Assembly (NCBI GenBank): GCA_963785725.1
Contig: CAWAWS010000005.1
Location: forward strand, 160,001-224,000
Length of the DNA stretch: 64,000 nt
Direction of reading: 5' to 3'
DNA from: an uncultured delta proteobacterium
GTDB lineage: Bacteria > Myxococcota_A > Polyangia > Palsa-1104
The notes below the pieces were generated by a model. It ran no database searches and was not told the origin of the DNA. It worked only from the letters and a program-made list of their open reading frames with translations. Positions 28,560-38,518 of this stretch are shown here, piece after piece. Every line of letters begins with the position of its first letter. Position 1 is the stretch's first letter. The position numbers and the translations under genes are program-made.

Positions 28560-29108
28560 ATGCCCGAAGAGATCGAAGTCCCGACCGAGCACTTGCACGA
28601 GACACTGCACGAGCATGCCGAGCAGCACGAGCACGGCGGCGGTCCGCCGTGGACGTCGGCGGTGGCGCTGAGCGCGGCCATCCTCGCGGTGCTGGCGGCC
28701 GTGGCGTCGCTGCTCGCCGGCCATCACGCCAACGAGGCCATGCTCGAGCAGATGCAAGCGAGCGATTCGTGGGCCTATTATCAGGCCAAGAGCATCAAGG
28801 CGTCGGTGCTCGAGACGCGGCTGCAGCTGCTGTCGGCGCTGGGCAAGCCGGGCAGCGACGGCGACCGCCAGAAGCTGGCGACCTACGAAGACGACGGCAA
28901 GAAGATCGAAGAGCAAGGCAAAGAGAACGAAGCCTCGTCCAAGAAGCACATGGAGCGGCACAATGGCCTGGCGCGCGCGGTGACGGTGCTGCAGGTCGCC
29001 ATCGCGCTGGCCGCCATCGCCGTCCTGACGCGGCGGCGCAACGTGTGGTTCGGCAGCCTCGGCTTGGGCGCCATCGGCGCCGTCTTCATCGCGCTGGCCG
29101 TCGTCTGA
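28560..29108 (+). CDS. DUF4337 membrane protein
   Basis: ASDSWAYYQAKSIK motif flanked by TM helices. Confidence 0.85.
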   Translation: MPEEIEVPTEHLHETLHEHAEQHEHGGGPPWTSAVALSAAILAVLAAVASLLAGHHANEAMLEQMQASDSWAYYQAKSIKASVLETRLQLLSALGKPGSDGDRQKLATYEDDGKKIEEQGKENEASSKKHMERHNGLARAVTVLQVAIALAAIAVLTRRRNVWFGSLGLGAIGAVFIALAVV

Positions 29109-29328
29109 CCGGCGGCGCGACACTGAAGCAGTCACTTCACTAAAGCATTCACTTCACGATCGTGATGGCCGCGACCAGGCGGATCCTTCGTGGGCGCCGA
29201 GCGTATCGTGGGTGATGCGTCCGCGGCTGATGGCGCTCCTGCTCGTCTACGGCTGGCGGCGCGCGACCGACTTGGCGCGCGGCCGCATTGGCGTCAGCCA
29301 CGCGCAGCGCGCCCACACGCCGACACCT

Positions 29329-30303
29329 TCACGAAGCGGCAGAAGTAGCGAACATCATGCGGTAGGCGTGCGGCGCGACGCCGAGGGCGCGCTCGAAGGC
29401 GCGCGTCATGCGCGGCGGCGAGCCGAACCCGCAGCGCGCGGCGATCGCCTTGGTGCCGAGCTGCGTCGTCGCCAGCAGCGTTCGCGCCTGCTCCACGCGC
29501 AGCTTCTCGACGAGCTTGGCCGGCGTCGTGTCGAGCGCGTGCAAGCAGTGACGATGCAGCGAGCGCACCGACATGCCCGCGCGGCGCGCCAGCTTGCCGA
29601 CGTCGACCGCGCCGCGCAGGTTGGCGCGCAGCCAGGCGACGACGGGACCGAGCGGATCGGACGCCGAGGTCTGCGCCACCAGCGCCTCCGAGAACTGCGA
29701 CTGAAAGCCGGGCCGGCGCGCGTACAGGACGAGGTGCGCGGCGACCGTGTCGGCGAGCTGGCGGCCGTGATCGTCCTCGACCATCGCCAGCGCCATGTCG
29801 ATGCCGGTCGAGACGCCGGCGGCCGTCCAGACGCGGCCGTCGCGCACGAAGATGGCCTCGGCGTCGACCTCGACCGACGGATATTGGCGCGCCAAGCGAT
29901 CGCACGACGACCAGTGCGTGGCCGCGCGCTTGCCGTCGAGGATGCCGGCGCCGGCGACGATGAACGCGCCGTCGCACACCGAGCCGATGCGGCGCACGAC
30001 GCGCGCCGCCCGCGTAAGCCAACGCGTCAGCGCCGCGTCGGCGACGGCCGTTTCGATGGCGCGATCGTCGCCGCCGGCCACGAGCACGGTGTCATCGGCT
30101 TTGGCGCGCAGCGTCTCCAGATTGCGCGCGGCGACCGACACGCCCGAGGTGAGCGTGATCACGCCGCCGCCGACCGCGGCCACGATCACGTCGTACGCCG
30201 GCGCGCCCAGCCGCCGCGACGCGCTCGAAAACACCTCGGCCGGGCCGAACAAGTCGAGCCCATCGGCGCCCTCGTAAGCGACGAGCAGCACACGTTTACC
30301 CAT
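29329..30303 (-). CDS. GlxA-family AraC regulator (DJ-1/PfpI + HTH)
   Basis: GSVCDGAF, ATHW, WTAAGVSTGIDMAL, QSQFS and a C-terminal double HTH. Confidence 0.93.
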   Translation of the reverse strand: MGKRVLLVAYEGADGLDLFGPAEVFSSASRRLGAPAYDVIVAAVGGGVITLTSGVSVAARNLETLRAKADDTVLVAGGDDRAIETAVADAALTRWLTRAARVVRRIGSVCDGAFIVAGAGILDGKRAATHWSSCDRLARQYPSVEVDAEAIFVRDGRVWTAAGVSTGIDMALAMVEDDHGRQLADTVAAHLVLYARRPGFQSQFSEALVAQTSASDPLGPVVAWLRANLRGAVDVGKLARRAGMSVRSLHRHCLHALDTTPAKLVEKLRVEQARTLLATTQLGTKAIAARCGFGSPPRMTRAFERALGVAPHAYRMMFATSAAS

Positions 30304-30338
30304 TGGCAGAAAATAGACTCTGTTTGTCATTCGTGCCA
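30304..30338. promoter_or_regulatory. TGGCA...TGCCA inverted motif in a divergent promoter, candidate operator of the adjacent AraC regulator
   Basis: TGGCA at 30304-30308 and TGCCA at 30334-30338 bracket an AT-rich spacer between divergent genes. Confidence 0.35.
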
Positions 30339-30376
30339 GCGCGTTTCGTCGTATCGGTGACGACAGGGAGGTTCAC

Positions 30377-31183
30377 ATGACGACCACGCGGCAAGATGGG
30401 ACGAGTCGGCCGAAGCTTTTGACGGTGACGGTGACGGTGACGGCGGCGGCCTTGGCGCTGGGCTGCGCCGGCGGTTGTGGCGCGCCGCCGAGCGGCGACG
30501 GCGGCGGCGCGACGGCGGTGACCGAGTCACTGTCGACCGACGCGCGGCACGGCAATCCGAATCCGGCGCTGTTCGCTAAAGAGGCGCGGCCGTTCGGCCT
30601 CGACATGACGCGCTGGTCCGAAGATTGGTGGCGCTGGGCCTATTCCCTGCCGACGGCGAGCAATCCCAATACGACGCTGACGGCCGCCTGCGACGCCGGC
30701 CAAGCGGGGCCGATGTTCTTCCTGCCCGGCTATTTCGCGGGCGGGCAGACGACGCGCACGTGCACGGTGTCGCGGCATCAGCCGATCGCGGTGTCGCTGG
30801 TGAGCCTGCTCAACGACTATCCCTGCCCCGATCCGACGTTCGCGCCGGCGCCGGGGCAGTCGCTCTACGACTTCCTGCTCGCGGGCGCGACCGCGGCGCA
30901 GACGGCGGAGGTGGCGTCGGTGGCCGCCAGCCTCGACGGCCGGCCGTTCACGGATCTGGCGAGCTACCACTACGATTCGCAGGCGCTGTTCTATCTGACG
31001 GGCGATCCGAGCCTGACGGCCATCGACAGCTGCGTGACCGGGACGCGGCAAGCGGCGGTCGCGGAGTCGTACTTCATCGTGCTCCAGCCGCTGACGCCGG
31101 GCCGGCACGTGTTGACGGCGAGCGTGACGACGCCGGCCGGCGCCACGCTCAGCCAAGCGACGACGACGCTCGACGTGCGTTAA
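30377..31183 (+). CDS. Hypothetical secreted/lipoprotein
   Basis: GGAGG RBS, signal peptide, WWRWAYSLP...QAGPMFFL...RTCTV conserved-looking core. Confidence 0.7.
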   Translation: MTTTRQDGTSRPKLLTVTVTVTAAALALGCAGGCGAPPSGDGGGATAVTESLSTDARHGNPNPALFAKEARPFGLDMTRWSEDWWRWAYSLPTASNPNTTLTAACDAGQAGPMFFLPGYFAGGQTTRTCTVSRHQPIAVSLVSLLNDYPCPDPTFAPAPGQSLYDFLLAGATAAQTAEVASVAASLDGRPFTDLASYHYDSQALFYLTGDPSLTAIDSCVTGTRQAAVAESYFIVLQPLTPGRHVLTASVTTPAGATLSQATTTLDVR

Positions 31184-31238
31184 GGGCCGCCACTTCCGCG
31201 GCGCCGCCTGCGACCGCCGTGTTAGGCTCGCAAACCCG

Positions 31239-31982
31239 GTGATTGTCGAGGTCCGCGCGCTAACGAAACGGTTCGGCGCCGAGCACGCGCTCGGGCCCAT
31301 CGATCTCGTCTTCGATCCCGGCACCACCGCGCTCATCGGGCCGAGCGGCTGTGGCAAGTCGACGCTCTTGCGCCTGCTCGTCGGCCTCATTCGCCCCGAC
31401 GAAGGCGAGGTCCGCTTCGACGACGCGCCGCTCACCGACGCCAACGTCGCCGCCCTGCGCCGCCGCATCGGCTACGTCATCCAAGACGGCGGCCTCTTCC
31501 CGCACTTGAGCGGTGCCGACAACGTCGCCCTGATGGCGCGGCAGATCGGCTGGGACAAAGCGCGCATCCAGGCGCGCCTCGGGGAGCTGGCGCTGCTCGT
31601 GCACTTGTCGGACGAGGCGCTGCTGCGCTATCCGCGGCAGTTGTCGGGCGGCCAGCGCCAGCGCGTCAGCCTCATGCGCGCGCTGATGCTCGATCCCGAC
31701 GTCATCCTGCTCGACGAGCCGCTAGGCGCGCTCGATCCGCTGGTGCGCTCGGAGCTGCAGGTCGACTTGAAGGGAATCTTCGCGCGCCTCGGCAAGACGG
31801 TGGTGCTCGTGACCCACGATCTCGGCGAGGCGGGCTTCCTGGCGCAGCGGATCGCGCTCATGCAGAGCGGTCGCGTGCTGCAGCTCGGGTCGATCGCGTC
31901 GCTGTACGAGACGCCGGCCGATCCCTTCGTCACCCACTTCGTGCGCGCGCAGACCTACAAATTGCCGTGGTCGCCGCAATGA
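31239..31982 (+). CDS. Osmoprotectant (glycine betaine/proline) ABC transporter ATP-binding protein
   Basis: GPSGCGKST, IGYVIQDGGLFPH, LSGGQRQR and LLDEPLGALD. Confidence 0.92.
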   Translation: MIVEVRALTKRFGAEHALGPIDLVFDPGTTALIGPSGCGKSTLLRLLVGLIRPDEGEVRFDDAPLTDANVAALRRRIGYVIQDGGLFPHLSGADNVALMARQIGWDKARIQARLGELALLVHLSDEALLRYPRQLSGGQRQRVSLMRALMLDPDVILLDEPLGALDPLVRSELQVDLKGIFARLGKTVVLVTHDLGEAGFLAQRIALMQSGRVLQLGSIASLYETPADPFVTHFVRAQTYKLPWSPQ

Positions 31983-33445
31983 CGAGGCCAATGATGAGAC
32001 TCGTCATCATTGCCTGTCTGCTCTCGTCGTGCGCGCGGCCGGCGCAGGTCGTCATCGGGTCCAAGAAGTTCACCGAGTCGGTGCTGCTCGGCGAGCTCTT
32101 GCGCCTCGAGCTCGAGCGCGACGGCGTGGCCGCCGAGCATCGCCGCGAGCTCGGCGGCTCGCGCGTCCTCTTCGAGGCCCTCCTGCGCGGCGACATCGAC
32201 GTCTATCCCGAATACACGGGCACGGTGCGCGCCGAGCTGGTGCCCAAGGCGCATTCGGACGCCGAGGCCGAGGCGCTGCTCGCCGAGCGCGGCCTGGTCG
32301 TGGGCGCGCGGCTCGGCTTCTCCGACACCTACGCGCTGGCCATGTCGCGCGCCCGCGCCGCCGCCCTCGGCATCACGACGATCTCCGACCTGGCCGCGCA
32401 TCCCGAGCTGCGCTACGGCTTCTCCGACGAGTTCCTGCGCCGCAAGGACGGCTGGCCGGCGCTGCAGGAGCGCTACGGCCTGCACACGCGCGAGGCGCGC
32501 GGCATGGATCACGACCTGGCCTACCGCGGCCTCGCCGCCGGCGCGCTCGACGTCGTCGACCTCTACTCCACCGACGCCGAGGCGCGCTCCGACAAGCTGC
32601 GCGTGCTGGTCGACGATCGCCACCAGTTTCCCGACTATCGCGCGCTCTATCTCTGCCGCGCCGACCTCTTTACGCGCGTGCCCGCGGCACGCCAGGCGCT
32701 GACGGCGCTCGCCGGCCGCGTCGACGAAGCCGAGATGGCGACGATGAACGCGCGCGCCAAGCTCGATCGCGTGCCCGAGACGCAGGTCGCCGCCGACTAT
32801 CTGGCGATCGACAACAGCACGCCGCGCGCGTCCTTGGCGCGGCGCGTGCTCGATCGAACGCGCGAGCATCTGGCGCTGGCGATGCTGTCGCTCATCGCCG
32901 CCATCGGCGTCGCGCTGCCGCTCGGCATCCTGGCGGCGCGCCGGCCGCGGCTCGGCGGCTACATCTTGGCGCTGGTCGGCGTCGTGCAGACCATCCCGTC
33001 GCTGGCGCTGTTGGTGGTGATGATCCCGCTGCTCGGCATCGGCGTCATGCCGGCGCTGGCGGCGCTGTTCTTGTACGGCCTTCTGCCGATCGTGCGGAAC
33101 ACCTACGTCGGCTTGCGCGATCTGCCGCCCGGCCTCATCGAATCGGCGGACGCGCTCGGGCTATCGTCGTGGCAGCGGCTACGGCTCGTCGAGCTGCCGA
33201 TGGCGTCGCGGGCGATCTTGGGCGGCATCAAGACGGCGGCGGTCATCAACGTCGGCGCCGCGACGCTGGGCGCGCTCGTCGGCGCCGGCGGTTACGGCCA
33301 GCCGATCCTGAGCGGCATTCGCCTGGCCTCGACGCCGCTCATCCTCGAAGGCGCCATTCCCGCGGCGCTGCTGGCGATCGCCGTCGAAGGCGCGTTCGAT
33401 CTCGCCGAATACCTGCTCGTGCCGCGCGGGCTGCGGGTCGACTGA
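31979..33445 (+). CDS. Osmoprotectant ABC transporter, fused substrate-binding (OpuAC-like) plus permease
   Basis: IGSKKFTE, DVYPEYTGT and YSTDA, then QTIPSLALL, LLPIVRNT and GAGGYG. Confidence 0.92.
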   Translation: MTRPMMRLVIIACLLSSCARPAQVVIGSKKFTESVLLGELLRLELERDGVAAEHRRELGGSRVLFEALLRGDIDVYPEYTGTVRAELVPKAHSDAEAEALLAERGLVVGARLGFSDTYALAMSRARAAALGITTISDLAAHPELRYGFSDEFLRRKDGWPALQERYGLHTREARGMDHDLAYRGLAAGALDVVDLYSTDAEARSDKLRVLVDDRHQFPDYRALYLCRADLFTRVPAARQALTALAGRVDEAEMATMNARAKLDRVPETQVAADYLAIDNSTPRASLARRVLDRTREHLALAMLSLIAAIGVALPLGILAARRPRLGGYILALVGVVQTIPSLALLVVMIPLLGIGVMPALAALFLYGLLPIVRNTYVGLRDLPPGLIESADALGLSSWQRLRLVELPMASRAILGGIKTAAVINVGAATLGALVGAGGYGQPILSGIRLASTPLILEGAIPAALLAIAVEGAFDLAEYLLVPRGLRVD

Positions 33446-33521
33446 GCGGACGTGCCGGCGATCACGCGCCACCCGTCGCGCGACTTGATCTCCGTCGACC
33501 CGAACGACTAACGTCGCGACC

Positions 33522-34070
33522 ATGGATGACGCGCGCCCGGAGCCGCAACCGACGCTGACGACGGCGCGGCTGGCGTTGCGCCCGCTCGTCGCCGCCGACG
33601 CGCCGGCGATTCGCGCGCTGGCCGGCGCCTACGAAGTCGCCGGCACGACCATCAACATCCCGTATCCGTATCCCGAGGGCGCCGCCGAGACCTTCATCGT
33701 CGCGCAAGCGGCCATGTGGCGCGACGATGAGGGCGCGACCTGGGCCGTGACGCTCGCCGGCGAGCTCGTCGGGTGCGTCGGCACGATCGGCTTTTCCCGC
33801 AAGCACGCGCGCTGTCGGCTCGGCTACTTTATCGCGCACGCCCACTGGAACCGCGGCTACGGCACCGAAGCGGCCGGCCGCGCCGTCGACTTCGCCTTCG
33901 CCGACGGCATCTACCGCGTCGAAGCCGACCACCTCACGCGCAACCCGGCCTCGGGGCGCGTCATGCAGAAGATCGGCATGCGCCACGAAGGCACCCTGCG
34001 CGCCTTTTACCGCCGCTTCGATCGCTCCGAAGACGTCGAGCTCTACGCGCGGCTGCGCGACGATCGCTAG
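33522..34070 (+). CDS. GNAT N-acetyltransferase (RimJ/RimL-like)
   Basis: LTTARLALRP, LGYFIAHAHWNRGYGTEA and NPASGRVMQKIGM. Confidence 0.92.
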   Translation: MDDARPEPQPTLTTARLALRPLVAADAPAIRALAGAYEVAGTTINIPYPYPEGAAETFIVAQAAMWRDDEGATWAVTLAGELVGCVGTIGFSRKHARCRLGYFIAHAHWNRGYGTEAAGRAVDFAFADGIYRVEADHLTRNPASGRVMQKIGMRHEGTLRAFYRRFDRSEDVELYARLRDDR

Positions 34071-34073
34071 CCC

Positions 34074-34910
34074 GTGCCGACGACACCGACGACGCCGCCG
34101 CCGCGCCACCCGAAGTCGACGCGCGCGCTCGCTTGGGCGAGCGGCGCCGTCCTCGCCGTCACCTGGCTGAGCGCGGCCATCTTCGGCGCCTACATCTTGG
34201 CGCATTACGTCGGCGCCGTCGCCCGCGCGCGCCTCGACGACTGGAACAGCGAGCTGCCACGGCTGTACGAGCCGGCGACGATCCTGGCCAACCTCGGCGT
34301 CGGCGTGCACTTCGTGGCCGGCGGCGTGCTCTTGCTGCTCGGGCCGCTGCAGCTGTTCGCGCGCATTCGCGAGCGCACGCCCGCCGTTCATCGCTTCATT
34401 GGGCGCGTCTACGTGGGCGCGGCCATCGCCGCCGGCAGCGGCGGGCTCACCTTCATCGCGCTCAAAGGCACCGTCGGTGGCGCGCCGATGTCGATCGGCT
34501 TCGGCGGCTACGGCGCGGCCATCGTCGCCGCGGGCGCCGCCTCCTTGTGGAACGCGCGCGCCCGCCGCTTCGAGCGCCACCGCGCCTGGTCGATTCGCCT
34601 GTTCGCGCTCGCCGTCGGCTCCTGGCTCTACCGCATGGATTACGGCTTCTGGCAGCTGTTCACGCACGGTCTCGGCCACACGGCGACGTTCGACGGCCCC
34701 TTCGACCGCTTCATGGACTTCTTCTTCTACCTGCCCAATCTGGCCGTCGCCGAGCTCTTCATCCGCGCGCGCACGCCGACGGCCAGCCCGGCCGCGCGCG
34801 TGACGGCGACGGCCGCGCTGACGGTGGCGGCGTCATTCCTGGTGCTCGCCACCTACTTCTTCACGCGCTATCAGTGGGGTCCGGCGATCGTCGGCTTGGC
34901 GAGCGGCTGA
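34074..34910 (+). CDS. DUF2306 membrane protein
   Basis: HRFIGRVYV and HRAWSIRLFALAVGSWLYR; multiple TM helices. Confidence 0.85.
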   Translation: MPTTPTTPPPRHPKSTRALAWASGAVLAVTWLSAAIFGAYILAHYVGAVARARLDDWNSELPRLYEPATILANLGVGVHFVAGGVLLLLGPLQLFARIRERTPAVHRFIGRVYVGAAIAAGSGGLTFIALKGTVGGAPMSIGFGGYGAAIVAAGAASLWNARARRFERHRAWSIRLFALAVGSWLYRMDYGFWQLFTHGLGHTATFDGPFDRFMDFFFYLPNLAVAELFIRARTPTASPAARVTATAALTVAASFLVLATYFFTRYQWGPAIVGLASG

Positions 34911-34951
34911 GGCGAGGATTTACGGCTGCGCGGGAAGTCGCGCGCGGCAAA

Positions 34952-34984
34952 GAGCGAGCGCGGCCGCGGTCACCGCGCTCGCTC
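34952..34984. terminator. 12-bp hairpin between convergent genes, possible terminator
   Basis: GAGCGAGCGCGG / CCGCGCTCGCTC perfect inverted repeat with a 9-nt loop; no clear U-tract. Confidence 0.45.
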
Positions 34985-34998
34985 GTGCCTATAGCGGG

Positions 34999-36333
34999 CT
35001 ACTTGCGCGGCGTCGCGCCCGGCGTGCCGTTGTACGGCCGCGCGACCTCTGCCGCCGGCGCGAACGTCGGCTCCGCCGTCCGCCGGCTCGCCGCGCCGCC
35101 GTCATTGCGCGTCACGACCTGCGCCGCCAACAGCGTCTGCACGACGCGCATGACGTCGTCCGATCCCGACGCCGCCGCGCTCTGCCCGCCCGAGCCCGTC
35201 GATCCGAAGTTGACGAACTGACCGTTCGCCAACGCCGCCGACACCTCCTTGGCCAGCTCCGGCGCCAGCTCCAAGCGACGCAAGTTCATGTACGAGTCGC
35301 CGGCCTCGAGCAGCGCCTGCGCCTTCATGCGGATCGCGCCCGCCTCGGCCTCGGCGACGGCACGAATACGCGCCGCCTGCGCGCGACCTTCGGCCTCCTG
35401 CTCGATGACGTTCTGGTCGGCGTCGGCCTGCGCTTGCGTGATCTGGCTGGCCGCCAGCTCGGCCTCGCGCTGCTTGCGCACCATCGCCTGCTTCTCGGCC
35501 TCGGCGTTGGCGATGGCCGCGCCGTTGGACGCGATCTGCATGTTGAGCGCGCGCTCCTGGTCATTGATCTTCTGCTGCGCCTCGAGCTGCGCGATGCGCG
35601 CGCGCTGCTCCTCTTGCGCCTGCACGACGTCGGCGCTGGCCTTGGCCCGCGCCGCCGACTCGCGCCGCCGCGCGTCGGCCACTTCGCTCAAGACAGCCTT
35701 GATGTTGAGGCTGTTGAACGACAAGCCCAAGTCCATGAGCTCGCGCGAGCAGGCGTCCTTGATGATGACCGCCAGCTCGTCGTCCTCGCCGCGCTTGGCC
35801 AGCGCCACCGACGGCGCGCCCGCGGCCGGCGCCACGACGTTGGCGGGATTGACCGGCGCCACCGAGCTGCCGCCGTTGAACAGCTGGTCGTGCCACAAGA
35901 GGTTGATGGCGCGCCGGCCCGCCGACGACAACACGTCCGTCAGCGTCGACATCTGCTCATTGCCCGACTTGGAGAAGAACTTGTTGGCGGCGGTGTTCAC
36001 CATCGCCTCGTCCTCGCCGACGCTGACGATGGCCGACGCGCGCACCGTCACCTTGACCGGCGCCGGCCGCGAGGCGCTGTCGCGATCGGCCGTTTGATCG
36101 GTGATCTCGATGTCGACGTTGATCGCCTGCGCGGGAATGCGGCGCACTTGCGTGATGACCGGAACGATCATCGCCTTGCACGGACCGCGATAGATGCGCA
36201 AATGGCGACCGCGACTGGCGAGCAAGATCTCGCCCGCGTCGACGCTCTTGAGAAACGTCGTAATGATGAAAGACGTCAGTAATAAGACGACGACTACCGA
36301 TCCACCGGCAATCAACAGCGGAAAGTCCGTCAT
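34999..36333 (-). CDS. Flotillin-like SPFH domain protein
   Basis: N-terminal TM, SPFH-like region, long Ala/Glu/Gln coiled coil (AEAEAGAIRMKAQAL). Confidence 0.8.
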   Translation of the reverse strand: MTDFPLLIAGGSVVVVLLLTSFIITTFLKSVDAGEILLASRGRHLRIYRGPCKAMIVPVITQVRRIPAQAINVDIEITDQTADRDSASRPAPVKVTVRASAIVSVGEDEAMVNTAANKFFSKSGNEQMSTLTDVLSSAGRRAINLLWHDQLFNGGSSVAPVNPANVVAPAAGAPSVALAKRGEDDELAVIIKDACSRELMDLGLSFNSLNIKAVLSEVADARRRESAARAKASADVVQAQEEQRARIAQLEAQQKINDQERALNMQIASNGAAIANAEAEKQAMVRKQREAELAASQITQAQADADQNVIEQEAEGRAQAARIRAVAEAEAGAIRMKAQALLEAGDSYMNLRRLELAPELAKEVSAALANGQFVNFGSTGSGGQSAAASGSDDVMRVVQTLLAAQVVTRNDGGAASRRTAEPTFAPAAEVARPYNGTPGATPRK

Positions 36334-36464
36334 GGCATTCTCCTGGGCGATTTACGCCCGTCAGACTGAAAAGGACTACGCGCGAAACACGGTCTCGTTA
36401 ATGGCCGCGACTGATGCCAATCACGAGCGCTTCCCCCACTCGACCAGCTAATAAAGGCAGCATG

Positions 36465-37109
36465 TTAATCCACTAAAACAGAGACGGTCAGTCGTTCATT
36501 CCGCGCGTCCACGTCCTCGACGCGCAGGCGATCACCGACGCGAACCGTCAGTCCCGCTTGGGCTTCGACGAGGCTGGCGGAGAACTGCACGGCGCGGCCG
36601 TCGCGCACGAGCGACACGATGCCGCGGCCGTTGCGAAAGGGCGTGACCGCGCTGGCCTCGGCCAAGATCAGCACTTCGAGCGGCGTCGACGGCTGACCTT
36701 GAAAGCGGAACAAGAGGCGCCACAGCGGCGTCACGAGCAGCCGCTCGACCAGCGCCGCCGGCAAAACCGCGACCAGCGCCGCGACGAGCGGCGTCAAGTG
36801 CGCGGCGTGCAAGAGCGCGTTGGCGAAGGCGCCGTACAGCGCCAGCAGGCTGAAGACGAGCCGCGGCGACGGCAAAAAGCGGGTAATTCCCGTCGGCGCC
36901 AGCGTCAGCGCGTTCGTCCCGTGCGTCTGCGTCGTGAGCGCTTGGGTCGCCGGCGTCGACAGCTGGGGCGCGTGGCCGTGCGCCAGCTGGCCGACGTGCG
37001 CGCCCGGGCCATGGCCGCCCAACGGATGGGCCGCGCCGTGATGGCCGAGCGCCGGCAGCGCCATCACCACGAGGCCCACGAGCCCCACGACCATGATTGT
37101 CAGGAACAT
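36465..37109 (-). CDS. NfeD/YqiJ-like membrane partner of flotillin, with His-rich loop
   Basis: TM helices, His/Gly-rich loop, C-terminal OB-fold-like segment (VRVGDRLRVEDVD); directly upstream of the flotillin gene. Confidence 0.7.
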   Translation of the reverse strand: MFLTIMVVGLVGLVVMALPALGHHGAAHPLGGHGPGAHVGQLAHGHAPQLSTPATQALTTQTHGTNALTLAPTGITRFLPSPRLVFSLLALYGAFANALLHAAHLTPLVAALVAVLPAALVERLLVTPLWRLLFRFQGQPSTPLEVLILAEASAVTPFRNGRGIVSLVRDGRAVQFSASLVEAQAGLTVRVGDRLRVEDVDARNERLTVSVLVD

Positions 37110-37252
37110 GACTTCTGGCCCATAAGGTGGCCCTTGCCGGGCTCGACCGCAAGAGGCGCGGGTCACTACGGCCGCGTAAGCATGCGAGACGACGTGTCTA
37201 TCGACAGCTTGCCTACATTGCTGCATTCGTCCGCTCACGCTACGATCGCGCC

Positions 37253-37774
37253 ATGTCGAAAGCGCTCACTTGCGCGAGCTGCGCGGCCCCGCTGCAGCCG
37301 ACCGGCCGCAGCCAACGCGTGCGCTGCGAGTTCTGCGGCGCCGATACGCTGCTCGACGCCGCGACGTTCGCGCAGCTCGCCGCGGCTCCGCCCGTCGCAC
37401 CGTCGGTGCCGATCGAGCGAATCCTCGGCAAGCTGCACCTCGACGTCGCCAACGCGGCGTCGTTTCTCGAGCAGCTGGCGGCGCGACTGGGCGCTGCCTT
37501 GCCCGACAAAGTGCGCGTCGAGACCAAAGGCGGCCTGTTCGCCAAGTCGCATATCGTCAAGCTGGAAGTCGATTTGGGCGAATATGTCTATACGGCGATA
37601 CTCGAAGGTCATCGCTTGTCGGCACGGCGCGCGCACGTCGTCCGCGGCATTGCGCTCAAGAATCAGGAGCTGCAGCCGGCGGAGCTGATTGACGCGCTCG
37701 CCGGTGAGCTGCACGAGCTGGCGCACCATAGTGACGAGACGCGCGCCGCGCTGACGCGGTTCTTGGCCGACTGA
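37253..37774 (+). CDS. Hypothetical protein with N-terminal zinc ribbon
   Basis: CASC...CEFC; C-terminal VVRGIALKNQEL...ALTRFL helical segment. Confidence 0.75.
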   Translation: MSKALTCASCAAPLQPTGRSQRVRCEFCGADTLLDAATFAQLAAAPPVAPSVPIERILGKLHLDVANAASFLEQLAARLGAALPDKVRVETKGGLFAKSHIVKLEVDLGEYVYTAILEGHRLSARRAHVVRGIALKNQELQPAELIDALAGELHELAHHSDETRAALTRFLAD

Positions 37775-37786
37775 CTAACGACTGAC

Positions 37787-38518
37787 TTAACGATTCGCCG
37801 TCAATATCGGCAGTATCGGCTCGTGCTGCTGCGGCTGTCCGGTCGGCGCAATCGAGGTTCCCAGCGCCGCGAATTCGATGATGTGCGAATGCCAGGCGTA
37901 GCTGCCTTCGGTCAGTCGCAAGCCGACGACGCCGGTCGCGCCCGTCGCTGCCGCTTCGGCTTGCAGCCGCGACATGGCCAGCTCGCGCGCGTCATATAAC
38001 GCGGTCGTATAAGCCTCGAGCTCGCAGTTATTGCCGACCGTCTTGAAGAACGCGCCAATTCCTTGGTGCGCGACATGATAGACGCACGCGCCCATCACCA
38101 ATCGATGCGGACGATAACCGGCGCGCACCAATGCCCAAAAGTCTTGTCCCGAGAGATCGCTGGTAAAGGGTTGACCGCCGACGCGCCAATCGCCGGCGCG
38201 CGCTTTGACGGCCGTTCCCGTGGCCAAGAACTCGGCGTGATGCCCGTGATGATCGACGACGAGCTTGACACCGACGACGCCGTCGGCGCCGACGCTGGCC
38301 GCGTGCGCGACGAGCTTGCCGAGCGCCAGCGCGCGCGCATGCACCATGGCCGCCGTCAAGGACGGCATCTCCTCGTTCTTGGTCCACGACGCGAGCGTAT
38401 AACCGATATGATAAAAGGCCGATCCGACGACGAATGAGCGCGGCTCGAAGCCGACCTCTTCGAGGAGCAGCGCTTCGTCGATCGATAAGTCGCTGGTGGC
38501 CGCGATCGGGGCCGTCAT
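37787..38518 (-). CDS. Tandem YbjQ-like (putative heavy-metal-binding) domain protein 3
   Basis: Two repeats of TSDLS...ARxLAxxRL...GAxGVVGV...EFxAxGT. Confidence 0.85.
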   Translation of the reverse strand: MTAPIAATSDLSIDEALLLEEVGFEPRSFVVGSAFYHIGYTLASWTKNEEMPSLTAAMVHARALALGKLVAHAASVGADGVVGVKLVVDHHGHHAEFLATGTAVKARAGDWRVGGQPFTSDLSGQDFWALVRAGYRPHRLVMGACVYHVAHQGIGAFFKTVGNNCELEAYTTALYDARELAMSRLQAEAAATGATGVVGLRLTEGSYAWHSHIIEFAALGTSIAPTGQPQQHEPILPILTANR